Shown in pieces: positions 11,192 through 23,800 of a DNA stretch of 64,000 nucleotides. The position numbers and the translations under genes were made by a program. Each line of letters starts with the position of its first letter. The stretch's first letter is position 1. The notes under the pieces are model-generated. The model saw only the letters and a program-made list of their open reading frames with translations. It made no database searches and was not told where the DNA came from. Source of the stretch: Rebecca billardiae RCC1528. Lineage: Eukaryota; Protista; Haptophyta. The DNA is taken from contig OZ251229.1 of NCBI GenBank assembly GCA_965240325.2, forward strand, positions 2,542,001 to 2,606,000, given 5' to 3'.

Positions 11192-14100
11192 ATGGCGTCG
11201 ACGCACGAGGTGAGCCCGGAGGAGTCGCACGCGTTCCTCGCCTTCCTGAAGGGGCTGCCCGACACGCCCGACCTCGTCCGCTTCTTCGACCGCGGCAACT
11301 ACTTCACCGTGCACCAGCGCGACGCGGTCTCGATCGCGCAGGAGCACTTCAAGACGAACGCCGTCATCAAGTACATGGCGAGCCGCGGCGGCGGCGGCGG
11401 CGACTCGCGCGAGGGCGGGGTGCCGTACGTCTCCGTCTCGCGCGCGATGACGACCACCATCCTGCGCTCGCTGCTGCTCGAGCGCCGCAAGCGCGTGGAG
11501 GTGTACTCCCTGCAGGGCCGTCAGTGGGAGCTCGCGCGCCGCGGCTCGCCGGGCAACCTGAGCGCGTTCGAGGACGAGGTGCTGCGTGACGCGTCGCTCC
11601 CGGCGGCGAGCGTCACGATGGCCGTGCGCCTCGGCCCCGCGGGCGCGGGCGGGCAGCGCCGCATCGGCGTCGCGCTCGCCGACCCGACGCAGCGCTGGCT
11701 GCGCGTCGCCGAGCTCGAGGACGGCGAGCAGCTCGCGACGCTCGAGTCGATGGCGGTGCAGCAGGGCGCGCGCGAGTGCGTGGTCGGCGCGGACACGGGC
11801 GCGTTCGAGCGCCAGAAGCTCGACGAGGCGATGGAGCGCTGCGAGCTCTGCGTCACCGAGGCGAAGCGCAGCCTCTTCTCCGGCAAGGACGTGGAGCAAG
11901 ACTTGGCGCGACTCACAGGCCGGCCGGAGGGCGCGGCGGGCGGCGCGCCGGCCGTGCTGGCGGAGAGCGCGCTGGTGCGCGCGGCGACGTCGGCGGTGAT
12001 CGCGTACCTCGACGCGATGGCCGACCGCGGCTCGCACGCGCAGTGGGAGCTCGGCACCGCCGACCTCTCGCAGTTCATGCGGCTGGACGCGGGCGCGGTG
12101 CGCGCGCTCTCGGTCGAGCCGACTGCGGAGGAGCATGCGCGCGCCGCGTCGCTGCTCGGGCTGCTCAGCCGGTGCCGCACGCCGATGGGCACGCGGCTGC
12201 TGCGCGCGCGGCTGCACCAGCCGCTGCGCTCGCAGTACGACATCGAGCGCCGCCTCGACCTCGTCCAGGCCTTCGTCGACGACCCGCTCGCGCGGCCGCA
12301 GCTGCACGGGCTGCTCGGCCGCGGCGTGCCCGATCTGGAGCGCCTGGCGCGCCGCTTCGGATCGTCGAGGGCGACGCTGGCCGAGCTGTGGCGCACGTAC
12401 CAGTTCAGCGAGCGGCTGCCGGAGGTGGTCGGCCTGCTCTCCGAGTACGCCCAGTCCGGCGCGTGCTTCGCCGACGCCGTCGCCGAGGCGTACGGCGAGC
12501 CGCTCGGCCGCGCGCAGGCTGACCTCACGAAGCTGCAGCAACTTGTGCGTGCGTCGATTGACGAGGCGGCGGCGGCGCGCGGCGAGTACCTGATCCAGGC
12601 GCGGTACGACGGCGAGCTGCAGGGGCTGCACGCGGAGATGGAGGCGGCGATGTCCGCGCTGCACGAGCACGTCGCCGACGTCGCCGCCACCCTCGGCCTC
12701 AAGGGCAAGGACGCCGAGAAGGTGAAGCTGGCCGCGGACACGGCGACTGGCCTGCAGCTGCTGCGCGTCACGCGCAAGGACGAGCCGCTGCTGCGCAAGA
12801 AGCCCGGGTACCACGTGGTCTCGACGAAGAAGGACGGCGTGACGTTCACCGCGCCGCACACGCGCGGCCTCGCGCAGCGCTGGGACGCCGCCTCGCGCGC
12901 GTACCGCGAGCGCCAGGCCGCGCTCGTTGAGAAGGTTCTCAAAGTCGCCGCGACATTTGAACCCGTTCTGAGCGCGTGCGCGCGCGCGCTCGCCGACCTC
13001 GACGTGTCGGTGGCGCTGGCGGTGGCGGCGGTGGAGGCGCCGACGCGGTTCACGCGGCCGCGGATCGTGCCGCCGACCGAGCCGCGCGTGATCCGGCTGC
13101 TCGGCTGCCGCCACCCGTGCATGGAGGCGCTCCGCGGCGCGGGGCACTTCATCGCCAACGACGTCGAACTTCAGCATGGCCGCTCCTCCTTCCAGCTCGT
13201 CACTGGCCCCAACATGGGCGGCAAGTCGACGTACATCCGCTCGGCGGGGATCGCGGTGCTGCTCGCGCACGCGGGCTCGTTCGTGCCGTGCGACGAGGCG
13301 CACATCTCGCTCACCGACGCCATCCTCGCGCGCGTCGGCGCGGGCGACTGCCAGGCCCGCGGCCTGTCCACATTCATGGGTGCGCGCCCTTGGCCGCCGC
13401 GGCCGCGGCGCCGCCCTGCACGCCGGCGCCGCCGGGCGCGGCAGTGGCGTGCGCGACGGCCGGCATGCCGCGTGTGCCCGCGCCGCGTGCGCCGCGCGGC
13501 GCGCCCATGCACGCGCTCACGCCATTCCCCGCCGCCCGCCACGCTCCCACGCCCCGCGCCCGCGCCGCTCGCCGGCCGGCGCAGCCGAGATGCTCGAGAC
13601 TGCCACCATCATCCGCTGCGCGACCGAGCACTCGCTCGTCCTCATCGACGAGCTGGGGCGGGGCACCTCGACGTATGACGGGTACGGGCTGGCGTGGGCG
13701 ATCTCGGAGCACCTCGCGACGCGCGTGCAGTGCTCCGGCCTCTTCGCCACGCACTTCCACGAGCTCACCGACCTCGCCTCACTCCACCCGACCGCCGTCG
13801 CCAACCGGCACGTGAGCGCGCACGTGCAGGGCGGGCAGATGGCGATGCTCTACCAGGTGCGCGCGCGGTTGCGGGTGCGGGGGAGGGGTGCGCACTGCTG
13901 TGCCACGTGTGTGCGCGCGTGCCCAGGGGAGGTGTGCCAGGGGGTAGGGGTAGGGGTAGGGGTAGGGATATAGGGCGTTGCGTGGGGCCACGGCATCACG
14001 GGCCGCCGGCGCCGCGCGAGTGTGGCGGCCGCGCCGCGCCGGCGCCTCACGAGTGCGCGCATCTGCGCCCGCGCCCCCGCAGGTACGCGACGGGCCGTGC

Positions 14101-14451
14101 GACCAGAGCTTCGGCATCCACGTGGCCGAGCTCGCTCGGTTCCCGCCCGACGTGGTCGCGGCCGCGAAGCGCAAGGCGGCGGAGCTGGAGGACTTTGGCG
14201 AGGCGGGCGGCGCGGCGGGCGGCGGCGCGGGCTCGAAGCGCGTGCGCGCGCGGCTGCCAGGCGAGCTCTCGGCGGAGGAGGCGCCCGGCGAGAAGGCCGT
14301 CCACTCCTTCCTGCGCGCATTCGCCGAGCTGCCCCTCGCCGAGCTCGGGGCCGGCCACGCCGCCGCCTCGGTCGAGAAGCTCCTCGCGCAGCTCAAGCGG
14401 GAGCACGGCGAGGACGAGTACGTGCGCTCCGTGGCGGGCGTCGGCGTCTGA
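11192..14451 (+). CDS. MSH2: DNA mismatch repair protein MSH2; exons 11192-13379, 13585-13856, 14083-14451
   Basis: [38 protein letters not shown]; splicing restores [50 protein letters not shown]. Confidence 0.96.
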
Positions 14452-15352
14452 GCGCAGAGGGAGGGAGGGACGGCTGGGGCCGCTCCGCGGCGCCCGGCTT
14501 CGGCGTCTGAGGACGGGACGTCTGCCGCGCCGTGGCCGGCTTCGGATGCGCTGCGTGAGCGCGGGGTGGCTGTGGCATCAGACCATGTTCTTCATTTGCT
14601 CAGTGAGTCACTGCTGCTACTACTCTGTACTCAGCGGGACGAGGGCCGAGCCTCGTCGGCCGCGCCGGCGGGCCCGGCGGATAAAGTGATGTGCCTGCAT
14701 GCTAAGCAGTAGCCTTGATATCATGACGACTGCTGCGCGCTGTTCCAGACTCCGCGCGAATAATAAGCAAGTCGTCGTGAAACAGCGGGGGCCTGGCGGC
14801 CTTGTCCCGGTCGTGGCGGGGCTGGTCGAACACAGCGCGTCTGGGCACTGAGTCTCTGGTCCCAGTGGACTCGGTGATTGAGTGATTCCGCCAGGCCGCC
14901 AGCCGGGCCCGCCGCCGGCGGCGGCTGAGCGGCTCAGCTCGACTGCTGATCTCCGCTGCTGCTGGTCAAGTAGTAGCAGTGGCATGCACTGATGATGAGC
15001 AAACGTATATGGCAGTGACACTGAGCAAGACCCTGGTCCGATGCCACAGCCACCCCGCGCTCACGCAGCGCATCCGAAGCCGGCCACGGCGCGGCAGCCG
15101 TCCCGACGTCCCGTCCTCAGACGCCGAAGCCGGGCCCCGCGGAGCGGCCCCAGCCGTCCCTCCCTCTGCGCTCAGACGCCGACGCCCGCCACGGAGCGCA
15201 CGTACTCGTCCTCGCCGTGCTCCCGCTTGAGCTGCGCGAGGAGCTTCTCGACCGAGGCGGCGGCGTGGCCGGCCGCGAGCTCGGCGAGGGGCAGCTCGGC
15301 GAATGCGTGCAGGAAGGAGTGGACGGCCTTCTCGCCGGGCGCCTCCTCCGCC
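14271..15352. repeat. Long inverted repeat: MSH2 3' end/UTR (14271-14614) copied in inverted orientation at 15012-15352
   Basis: The minus-strand ORF 15172-15360 reproduces the MSH2 C-terminus ([21 protein letters not shown]); similarity extends into the UTR. Confidence 0.92.
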
Positions 15353-15410
15353 TGCGGCACAGTCTGTCATGGCATCATCGCGCACGCGGACCATCTGCAC
15401 GGGGGTGTGC

Positions 15411-17084
15411 TCACCTGCCGCCGTACCGCCCATTGAACGAGTAGCCGTCAGACCGCATATTCGGGTCGAGCCCAGGCGCGCCGCTGCCAGCGCCGCTGGC
15501 GGCGCGTGAGGCGGCGGACAGGGGGCGAGGGCGCCGCAGTGCGCTGGCCTCGAGCCTCGGCGAGTTGTTGGCCGAGGCGGTGGTAGAGCTCGACTTCGAG
15601 CCTGCGCCGCTCATGCGCGAGCGCGCGCCCGCCGAGCGCGGCCGCGTGCGCGACTGCGAGCGCCGTGGGGGCGAGCCACCAAAGGCGTCCAAACCGCCAA
15701 CGAGCCCCAGCTGCAAGGCGGCGGAGTCGAGCGCGCGCGAGCGCGAGCGGCGCGGAGGGGAGCCGCGCGGGGCGTGGTTGGCGCCGCCGCCGAGCCCCTT
15801 CAGGAAGGCGCGATCGACGGACCCGATCGTGCCGATGAGCGCCTCGACGCGCGCGAGCTGCTCGCCGAGCGGCGTGCCGAACGCGGACGCGTCGGGCACG
15901 CGCGCGGCGACGAGGAGCTCCGAGGGCGGCGGCGGACCGAGCGCGTCCGAGCGCGCGGCGCGCCGCGCGTGGATGACGACACGCAGCACGCGACGCAGCT
16001 CGGCATCGGCGATCGGCGCCTCCTCGCCGCCCCACGCCTGGTGCTCCTCGCCGAGCAGCGTGAGAAGGAGCGCCTCCACCTCCTCCTCCGACACCCCCTC
16101 GAACCCGTCGGGCGGCAGAGCGCGCGGGCGCGGGGGCGGCGCGACAGGCTCGGGCTGCGAGCGCGCAAGCGGGTCGAGCTCAGCGTCGATGGCGGCGCGC
16201 GCGGGCGGCGCGCGCGGGCGGCGGCGCGAGAGGTAGGCTTCGGCGTAGCGCACGAAGTCGGAGACGCGCGCCGAGCGCTCGGCGAAGCCGCCGCCCGCGC
16301 GCCGCATGTTGGTCTGCATCAGCCCCATCCCGATGATGGACAGCACGGAGGCTGACGCCTCGAGCAGCGCACGCGTGCCAGGCTCTGTGGAGGTCTGCGT
16401 GCCGGCGTGGTCTCGAATCACAACAGTGCGCTTGGCGAAGGCGCGCTCGCGCGCTTCCGCCGCCTCGACGCGAGCGCGCGAGCCGCCCAGCGCGGCGGTT
16501 AGCTCGTGCGCGAGCTCGGCAAGCATCTCCCGCTCGCGCGTCGCGCGCGCCGCCTCGCGCTGAGCGTCCGCCATCGCCGCCTCGAGCCCAGCGGCCAGCG
16601 CGCGCCGCGGGGCGGCGGCGAGCTCGGCGGGGCGCACGTCGTCGCGCCAGCGCGCCCGCGCCGCCTCCAGCGCGCCCATCTCGGCGGCGAGCGCCGCCGC
16701 CGCCGCCTCGCCGCGCGCGCGCTCCTCGCCCACCGCCGCCGCGGCGGCTGCAGCCAGCGCGGCCACATCGGCGGCCGCGTCGTCGAGGGCGCCGGCCAGC
16801 GCGGCGGTCGTCGCCGCCACCTCCGCAGCGGCCGCTGCGGTCGCCGCCTCCGCCTCCTCGCGCGCGGCGACGGCAGCGCCCTCCGCCTCGGCCGCCGCCG
16901 CCTCCGCCTCGTCCGCGCGCGCGCGCGCGCCGCCGAGCGCCGCCGCCGCCGCGGCGGCCTCGCCCTCAGCCTCGCCGAGTGCGCCGGCGAGCGCGCGCGC
17001 CTCGGCGGCGGCGGCGATGGCCGCGGAGTCCGCGGCGGCGTCCGCGGCGGCGAGTTCGGCGGCGAGCGCAGCGGACGAGTCCGC

Positions 17085-17116
<32 letters not shown>

Positions 17117-18614
17117 AGAGCGGCGGCAGAGCGGGCGCCGCGGCAGGCGCCGCGGCGGGTGCCGTGGCTCGCAGCCGCGAGTCCACCTCACCCAGCCTCG
17201 CGAGGATGGCCGCGGCGTGCTCATCGAGCGCGGCGCGCGCCGAGGCGGAATCGGCGGCGGCGGCCGCGGCCGCGGCGGTCACGGCGTCATGCAGCGCGGC
17301 CAGTGCGGCGGCGGCGGCGCCGCCGTCGGTCGCGGCAGCCTGCGGCGCCTCGGTCCGCGCCTCGAGGCGACTGAGCACGCGCGGGAGCAGCTCGGCCAGT
17401 GCACGCGTCGCTGGGCCTTCAGCGGGGGGCTCTGTCGATGCGGGCTCTGGCGCGGGCGCGGGCGCGGGCGCGGGCAGTGCAGGCTCGGGCAGCGGCGGCG
17501 GCGGAGGCAGCGGCGGTGCGCTCGGCCGCCACGCTGCGCCCGCGTCGGCCACCGCGTCGGCCGCCTCCGCCGCGCCGCCCGCGCCCCCCGTCGCCATCGC
17601 CTTGAACGCGCCCCACTCAATCCGGGCGAGTCCGGCCGCGCGGGCGCGCAGCGCGCTCAGCTGGCTCACGTCGAGGCAGTGCAGCGAGTAATCGATGGTC
17701 ATCGTCGTGAGGGGCTCGGTCGCGGGCACCGCGGCCTCGCGCGCGCGCAGCACCTGCACCGACGCGGCGGCGGAGGTGTGCACGCGCAGCGCGCGCGCGA
17801 GGATGCGCCCGAGCTCGCGCGACGCCGCGCGCTCGGCGACGGGCTTGTCAGCCACCGTGGTGCGCGCGTACACCTGTAGGCGCGATCCGCCGCCCGGCGC
17901 GCCGTCGCCGCCGAGCGCGGCGCGCAGCGCGCCGCCCACGCCGGCGCGCACGGCGGTGACCTCGCGCCGCGCCGCGCGACCGGCCGCGCCCTGCGCACCG
18001 CCGCCACCCGCCGCGCCGCCGCCGCCGCCGCCCGTCGCGGCCGCGGCCGCCTCCTCCGCCTCTGCTCGCTTGCGCCGCTGCGCGCGCTCGCCGAGCGCGC
18101 TTGAGAGTAGCGTGCCAACGCCCGCGACGAGCGAGAGCGTGGCGACGATGAGCGGGCCCGGCGGGCCCTGGGCGTAGACGCTGATGCCCCGCACGGCGAC
18201 ACCGACCGTGCCGCCCACCACCGCGAGCGCGAGCAGCGCCGCTGCGAGCACCTCCTCGCCGCTTGCGCGCAGCCGCGTGCGCACGCGCGCGCGCACGGCC
18301 AAGCTGAGACCATCCAGCTCCGCAGCGAACGCGCGCGCGCTCGCGAGCGTGGCGATCGCAGAGGTGCGTGCCCGCCAGCGCGAGCTGCACGAGCTGCACA
18401 ACACAACAAGCACACCGACGCGAGCCGCTCGTACCACGTCGTCCCCGACGGGCCGTGCCGTCAGCGACGGCTGAAAGGCTACGCCATGCAGCAGGTTGTG
18501 CCCTGCGCAACTCGCCCCGCGCGGCCGCGCCTGCAGACCGGCGGGCCATCCGCGGTGCGTGCCAATGCCGCACCGTCGTGCCCGAGCGGCCGTGCGCAGC
18601 GACGGCGGCTGCAT
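15411..18614 (-). CDS. Uncharacterised protein with two predicted TM helices and an Ala/Glu-rich coiled coil (start and introns uncertain)
   Basis: C-terminal part of the 1636-aa ORF from MQPPSL; hydrophobic VLAAALLALAVVGGTVGVAV and LIVATLSLVAGVGTLL; heptad-like region. Confidence 0.55.
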
Positions 18615-18825
18615 CGACGCGCGACTCGCCGAATATCCAGTCGTGTCCACAGCGTCCACTCCGCAGTGACTAGTGGCGGATTGCAGTGGATAACCTACTG
18701 CTCGTGCCTCGTGGCTCGTCACTGCCTCGTGGGCGATGAAGTGACGATGATGACAACAGTCTGAGTGAGCTGTGAGGCGTGGCGCCGGCAGACTACATGC
18801 AGCGGGTGCAGCGGCGGCAGAGGCT

Positions 18826-20621
18826 TCACCTGCTGCATGAGTGCACCACGCGTTGCAGTACGGCTTGTGCACCTTCCACGAGCTGCGCAGGTGCTCAGGC
18901 GAGCAGAAGGCCGCCACGTGGCACCGCTCGCACTTCCTCAGACCACGGCCAGTGCGTCCGCAGGCGATGCAGCAATGGGACACGATATCATGCGTTCCAG
19001 CTGTCGCAGCCAGCGCACGGCACACAACGTCCTGGAGGTCGGGATCGAGCTCCTGGGCCCGGCGCAGCAGCTTTACGCCCTCCTCCACGTCACGCTCCAC
19101 CCCCGCACCCAGCAGCGTCATCCGTCCCAGCGGGATGCGTGCAGCTGCGCTCCCGCCATCCGCAGCCAGGCGGTACCAGCGCGCCGCCTCGCCCCAGTCC
19201 TGCTGCACACCCTTGCCTTGCGCGTAGCACTGGCCCATGATGAACTGCGCTTGCGCGTAGCCCTGCTCGGCGGCCAGCCGGTACCAGCGCACGGCCTCGC
19301 CCCAATCCTGCTGCACACCCTTGCCATTCGCGTAGCACCCGCCCAGATTGCACTGCGCTTGAGCAACGCCCTGCTCGGCCGCCAGCCGGTACCAGCGCAC
19401 CGCCTCGCCCCAGTCCTGCTGCACACCCTCGCCTGCCCAGTAGCACGTGCCCAGATTGAACTGCGCTCGAGCAACGCCCTGTTCGGCCGCCAGCCGGTAC
19501 CAGCGCATTGCCTCGCCCCAGTCCTGCTGCACACCCTCGCCTACCCAGTAGCACGTGCCCAGATTGAACTGCGCGTGAGCATAGCCCTGCGCGGCGGCCA
19601 GCAGGTGCCAGCGCACGGCCTCGCCCCAATCCTGCTGCACACCATTGCCTTGCCCGTAGCACGCGCCCAGATTGCACTGCGCTTCAGCATCGCCCTGCTC
19701 GGCCGTCAGCCGGTACCAGCGTACGGCCTCGCCCATATCCTGCTGCACACCCTCGCCTGCCCAGTAGCACGTGCCCAGATTGAACTGCGCGTGAGCAACG
19801 CCCTGTTCGGCCGCCGCCCGGTACCAGCGCACCGCCTCGCCCATATCCTGCTGCACACCCTTGCCATTCGCGTAGCACCCGCCCAGATTGCACTGCGCTT
19901 CAGCAACGCCCTGCTCGGCCGCCAGCCGGTACCAGCGCACGGCCTCGCCCATATCCTGCTGCACACCCTTGCCTTGTGCGTAGCATAGGCCCAGATCGCA
20001 CTGCGCTTGCGCATAGCCCTGCTCGGCTGCCAGCCGGTACCAGCGTATTGCCTCGCCCCAGTCCTGCTGCATAACCTCGCCATGCGAATAGCACATGCCC
20101 AGCTTGCTCTGTGCCGCAGCGTAGCCCTGCTCGGCCGCCAGCCGCAACCAGCGCACTGCCTCGCCCCAATCCTGCTGCACACCCTCGCCTCGCCCGTAGC
20201 ATACGCCCAGATCGCTCTGTGCTTGAGCATCGCCCTGCTCGGCCCCCAGCCGGTACCAGCGCACTGCTGCCTCGAGGTCCACGGGCTGACCAAGCTCGCC
20301 TATCCTGCAGATGTTGCCCATCCTATACTACGCATCGGCAAAGCCGCGCTCGGCTGCGAGGGCGTACAGGCGAAAGGCTTCGAGCTCGTCCTGCGCGATG
20401 CCGTCGCCATCCTCAGCCCGCCGCGCCAGAAGGAACGTCGCGCGCGCGTCGCCACGCCCCGACTGGCGCCAGAGGAGCCTGACCGCCGCATGCCTGCTCA
20501 CCACCCGTCCCAGCAAAGGAGTCCCAGAAGCCCGTGCTGCGGTGAGCCCGGCCGGCTTCGGCTCTTGATCAGCGGGCTCACGAACGGGAGGTACCGAGCG
20601 ACCGGGGCGGCCCATTGTCAT
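18826..20621 (-). pseudogene. SEL1-repeat array + MYND zinc finger gene with an in-frame TAG
   Basis: 10 near-identical 36-aa SEL1 units; MYND CIAC..RKCERCHVAAFCSPEHLRSSWKVHKPYC; TAG at 20328-20330 where SEL1 has Gln (ADA*YRMG); probable original stop at 18826-18828 is out of frame. Confidence 0.8.
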
Positions 20622-20841
20622 TCATGATCTTCATTGTTCATAGAGTAGGGAGTCTTAGTAGTACAAGCCCTTGGCCATACTTCAGCTACTGACTGATGAA
20701 TCTGATGCCGACGACGATATTTTAATGCCAATGGCGACGAACCGACCGATCGAGACCTGGCGCGTTCGACTGCATGGATGCCTATCGATCTATTCGAGCG
20801 GTCGAGACTTCGAGCCAGCCGTGTCAGTGTCGTCACGCTCA

Positions 20842-23800
20842 TCAGGAGAGACTGAGCTTGAGCCTCGGGTTGACGAACTTTGCGTTGATGTCGGCGAGAG
20901 CCGCGCGCAGCCGCGCGTGCATTTGCGTGCGCTCCTCCGACTTGCGCCGCTCGAGCACCTCGACCGCGCGGCTCTTGGCGACGGCGGCGTCGTGCTCGAG
21001 GACGAGCGTGCCGTGCGGGACGACCTGCGGCCGCGCGGCGCGAGGCGGGCGCGCGGCGCGTGAGCGCCCTCGCGCGCCGGCCCGCCGCCGGCCCGCACCG
21101 CTCGGACGGGCGCGCGGGTCGCGCGCGTCGGGCGCGTGTCGCGCGGGCGGCGCGTCGCGCGCCCTACCTGCGGGCTCAGCTCTGCGAGTGCAGCGTCGAT
21201 GGCATCGGCGGGCTCGGCGGCGGGCTGCGTGCCGCCGTCGGCAGCGGGCTGCTTGAGCACGCGGCCGTCCTCGCCGAGGGCCGGGATGCTGAACGTCGAG
21301 CGCAGCAGCTCGTTCGTTGCCACCGGCATAATCAGCTCCGGCGAGCCTTCCGGAAGCTCGGCACCCGACTGCGGGCAGGCGGGCGGGCGCGCACGCAAGC
21401 GCGCGGGTGCACAGTTCCAGCGGACGCGGGCGGGCGGGCGGGCGGGCGGGCGGGCGCGGGCGTGTGAGCGCGGGGCGGGCGGGCGGCGAGCGCGACGGGC
21501 GGCGGGCGGCCGGCCGGTACACGCCGCGCGCGCGGCGCACCTCGAGGTCGCGCTCGCTCGGTCCGCGCAGCTGCGGCGGCAGCAGCAGCGGCGAGGCGTC
21601 CGGCCACGAGCCGAGCTCCGGCAGCCATGCTGAGCACAGGGTCGGCTCGCGCGCGACCGCCTTGGCGCCGCCGGTGCCGATCATCTCGCGCTCGACGTAC
21701 GAGGCGCGGCCGAGGTCGGCGTGCTGGAGCACGTACTCCGGGTCCAGCTCGGTGAACCGCGGGCCCGCCGCGAACACGATCGGCCGCGGCGGCAGCACAA
21801 GCACCTCAGGCGGCGGCGGCGGCGGCGCGGCCTCGGCGGCGGGCGCGGCCGCGGCGGCCGCCGCGTCGCCGTCGGCCGCCGCGGCGACGTCGGCGTTGGC
21901 GTCGGTGGCACCGAGCGGCTTGGTCGCGCCGAGCGCCGCCGCGGCGGCCGCGGGGTCCGCCGTGCCGGGCACCGAGACCGGCTTGCCGAAGCGCGACTTG
22001 GGCGCGTCGCGCAGGGCCTTCTCCGCCGCGGCGCGCGCGGCGGCGCGCTCTGTCAGCTCGGCGATTCGCTCGCGCTGGCGCGCCTGCAGCTCCGAGAAGC
22101 GTCCGCGGCCATGCGCGCGGTCGTTGGGCGTGATGGTGGGCGGCATGGGCAGGAGGCTCGGGCCGGCGGTGGAGCCCGTCGGCCTCGGCAGCCCCGCCTC
22201 GTCGTCCGCGCCCGAGCGCAGCGCGCGCCCCGTCTCGAGCGGCGCGTACGACCCGGGCGGCGCGTCCGCCGCGCTGAAGGGTGCGTACCGACTCAGCTCG
22301 TGCGAGCGACCGACCCGCAGCGGGAAGATCCGGATCTCGTCAAAGTCCGGGAGCGGCGCGGGCTGCGGCGCGATCATCTTGTCCAGCGGGTCGGCCTCCT
22401 CGCGCGGGAACACGTGCGGCCCGATCTGCGCCGGCTCGAGCGCGCGCGGCGCGAGTGACGAAACCTCGTGCACAATGGCTGGCACTGACGGCGCGACGAG
22501 CGCCGCGCCGCCCGCGTCGCCCGCGCGCTCGACGAGGGCCTCGACGGCGGCGAGGCGGCGCTCGAGGCGTCGGCGCGCGACGATGGCGAGCACGCCCTGC
22601 TTGAACTGCTCCAGCGTCTGCTGCCGCGACTGCCACGTGTCGTTCAGGTACACGTCGAACGTCGGCACGTACCCGTCGTCGTCGCGCGCCGGCAGCGCGC
22701 CGCCGCCGTCGGCCGCGTCGGGCGGCGCGGCGCTGGAGCGTCGGCGCCGCTGGGAGAGGCTCACGCGGCGCCCGGCGGCGGAGGCGGAGTGCGGCGCGGC
22801 GGCGCCGAGCTCCCACGCCGCCTTGAGCAGCCGCACCGGCTGCTCGTCGCTCAGCTCCGCCGACGCGCGCAGCAGGTCCGCCTCGAGCGCCGCGCGCGCC
22901 TCCGCGGCCGCGCGCGCGTGCCGCGCGCGCGCGGTCGCGGCCGCGCGGTCTTCTGAGAGCAGTGCATCGCCGCGGCACACAAATTGCTTCGTCTCCTTGG
23001 AGGACTCGAAGGCCTCGATGCGCGCGAGCTCGCGCGAGAAGAGCAGCTCCTTCATCTGCCGCTGCGCCGTCGAGAGCGCCAGGTCGAGCTGCGCCTCGTC
23101 CGTCGGCACCGCGCCCGCGTGCGCCTCCATCGTCGCGCGCGAGTGCGAGCGCGCGCGCTGCGTCGCGCGCGCCACCTCGGCCTCCTGCCGCGCGACGCGC
23201 GACTTCTGCTCGGCGATGGCGGCGCGCAGGTCCTTCATCTTGAGCTTGCCCTGCACCTGGTTGAGGATGTACGCCGTCGCCTGCGGCACGCGCATGTCCG
23301 CCGGCACCGAGTACCCGTCGATCCGCGTGTCCGGCCGCGGCTGCGGCGGCGGCGGGAACTTGAGCTCGAGCGGCGCCGGCGACGCGCGCACCGCCTCGCG
23401 AGCGGCGTGCGAGCGCGCGGCGGTCACCGCGTCGCCGCGCACGTGGTCACGGTAGTCGGGCGGCGCGGCGAGGCGCGGCGGCGCGTCGCGGTCGAAGCGG
23501 CGCGCCGCCTCGCCCATCCCGCCCTCGCTCCTGAACGAGTCGCCGCCCATGCCGCGCGCGCCGCCGAAGCTGCCGCCGCCGTCGCCGCCGCCGCCGCCGT
23601 CGCCGCCGCCACCGCCGACCAGGTGCGGCGGCGGGACGGTGCCCTCGCGCTCCACCGCGCGCAGCGCGAGGGCGCGCGCGCGCTCGGCGCGCTGCGAGCC
23701 CTCGGCCTCGCGTATCCGCGCGCTCTCGCGCGCGAACGCCACGCCCGGGTGCGCCGCGCCCGTCACCTTCACGTCGACGGGCGCAAAGTCGAACTGTGAG

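Noticed and set aside
11099-13303. 734-aa antisense ORF over MSH2, and similar long antisense or alternate ORFs over IFT52, GT47, LPAAT, CFAP221 and 43123-48492
   Set aside because: Shadow frames expected from extreme GC3 bias; low-complexity R/A/G/P content with no motifs
19150-20275. Regular repeats with variable interiors as a CRISPR array
   Set aside because: 108-bp in-frame coding SEL1 units; no unique spacers or cas genes; eukaryotic context
15411-20321. Single 1636-aa SEL1-MYND-coiled-coil protein
   Set aside because: The paralog ends right after MYND, and the linker reads like intergenic DNA; better explained as two genes joined by a lost stop
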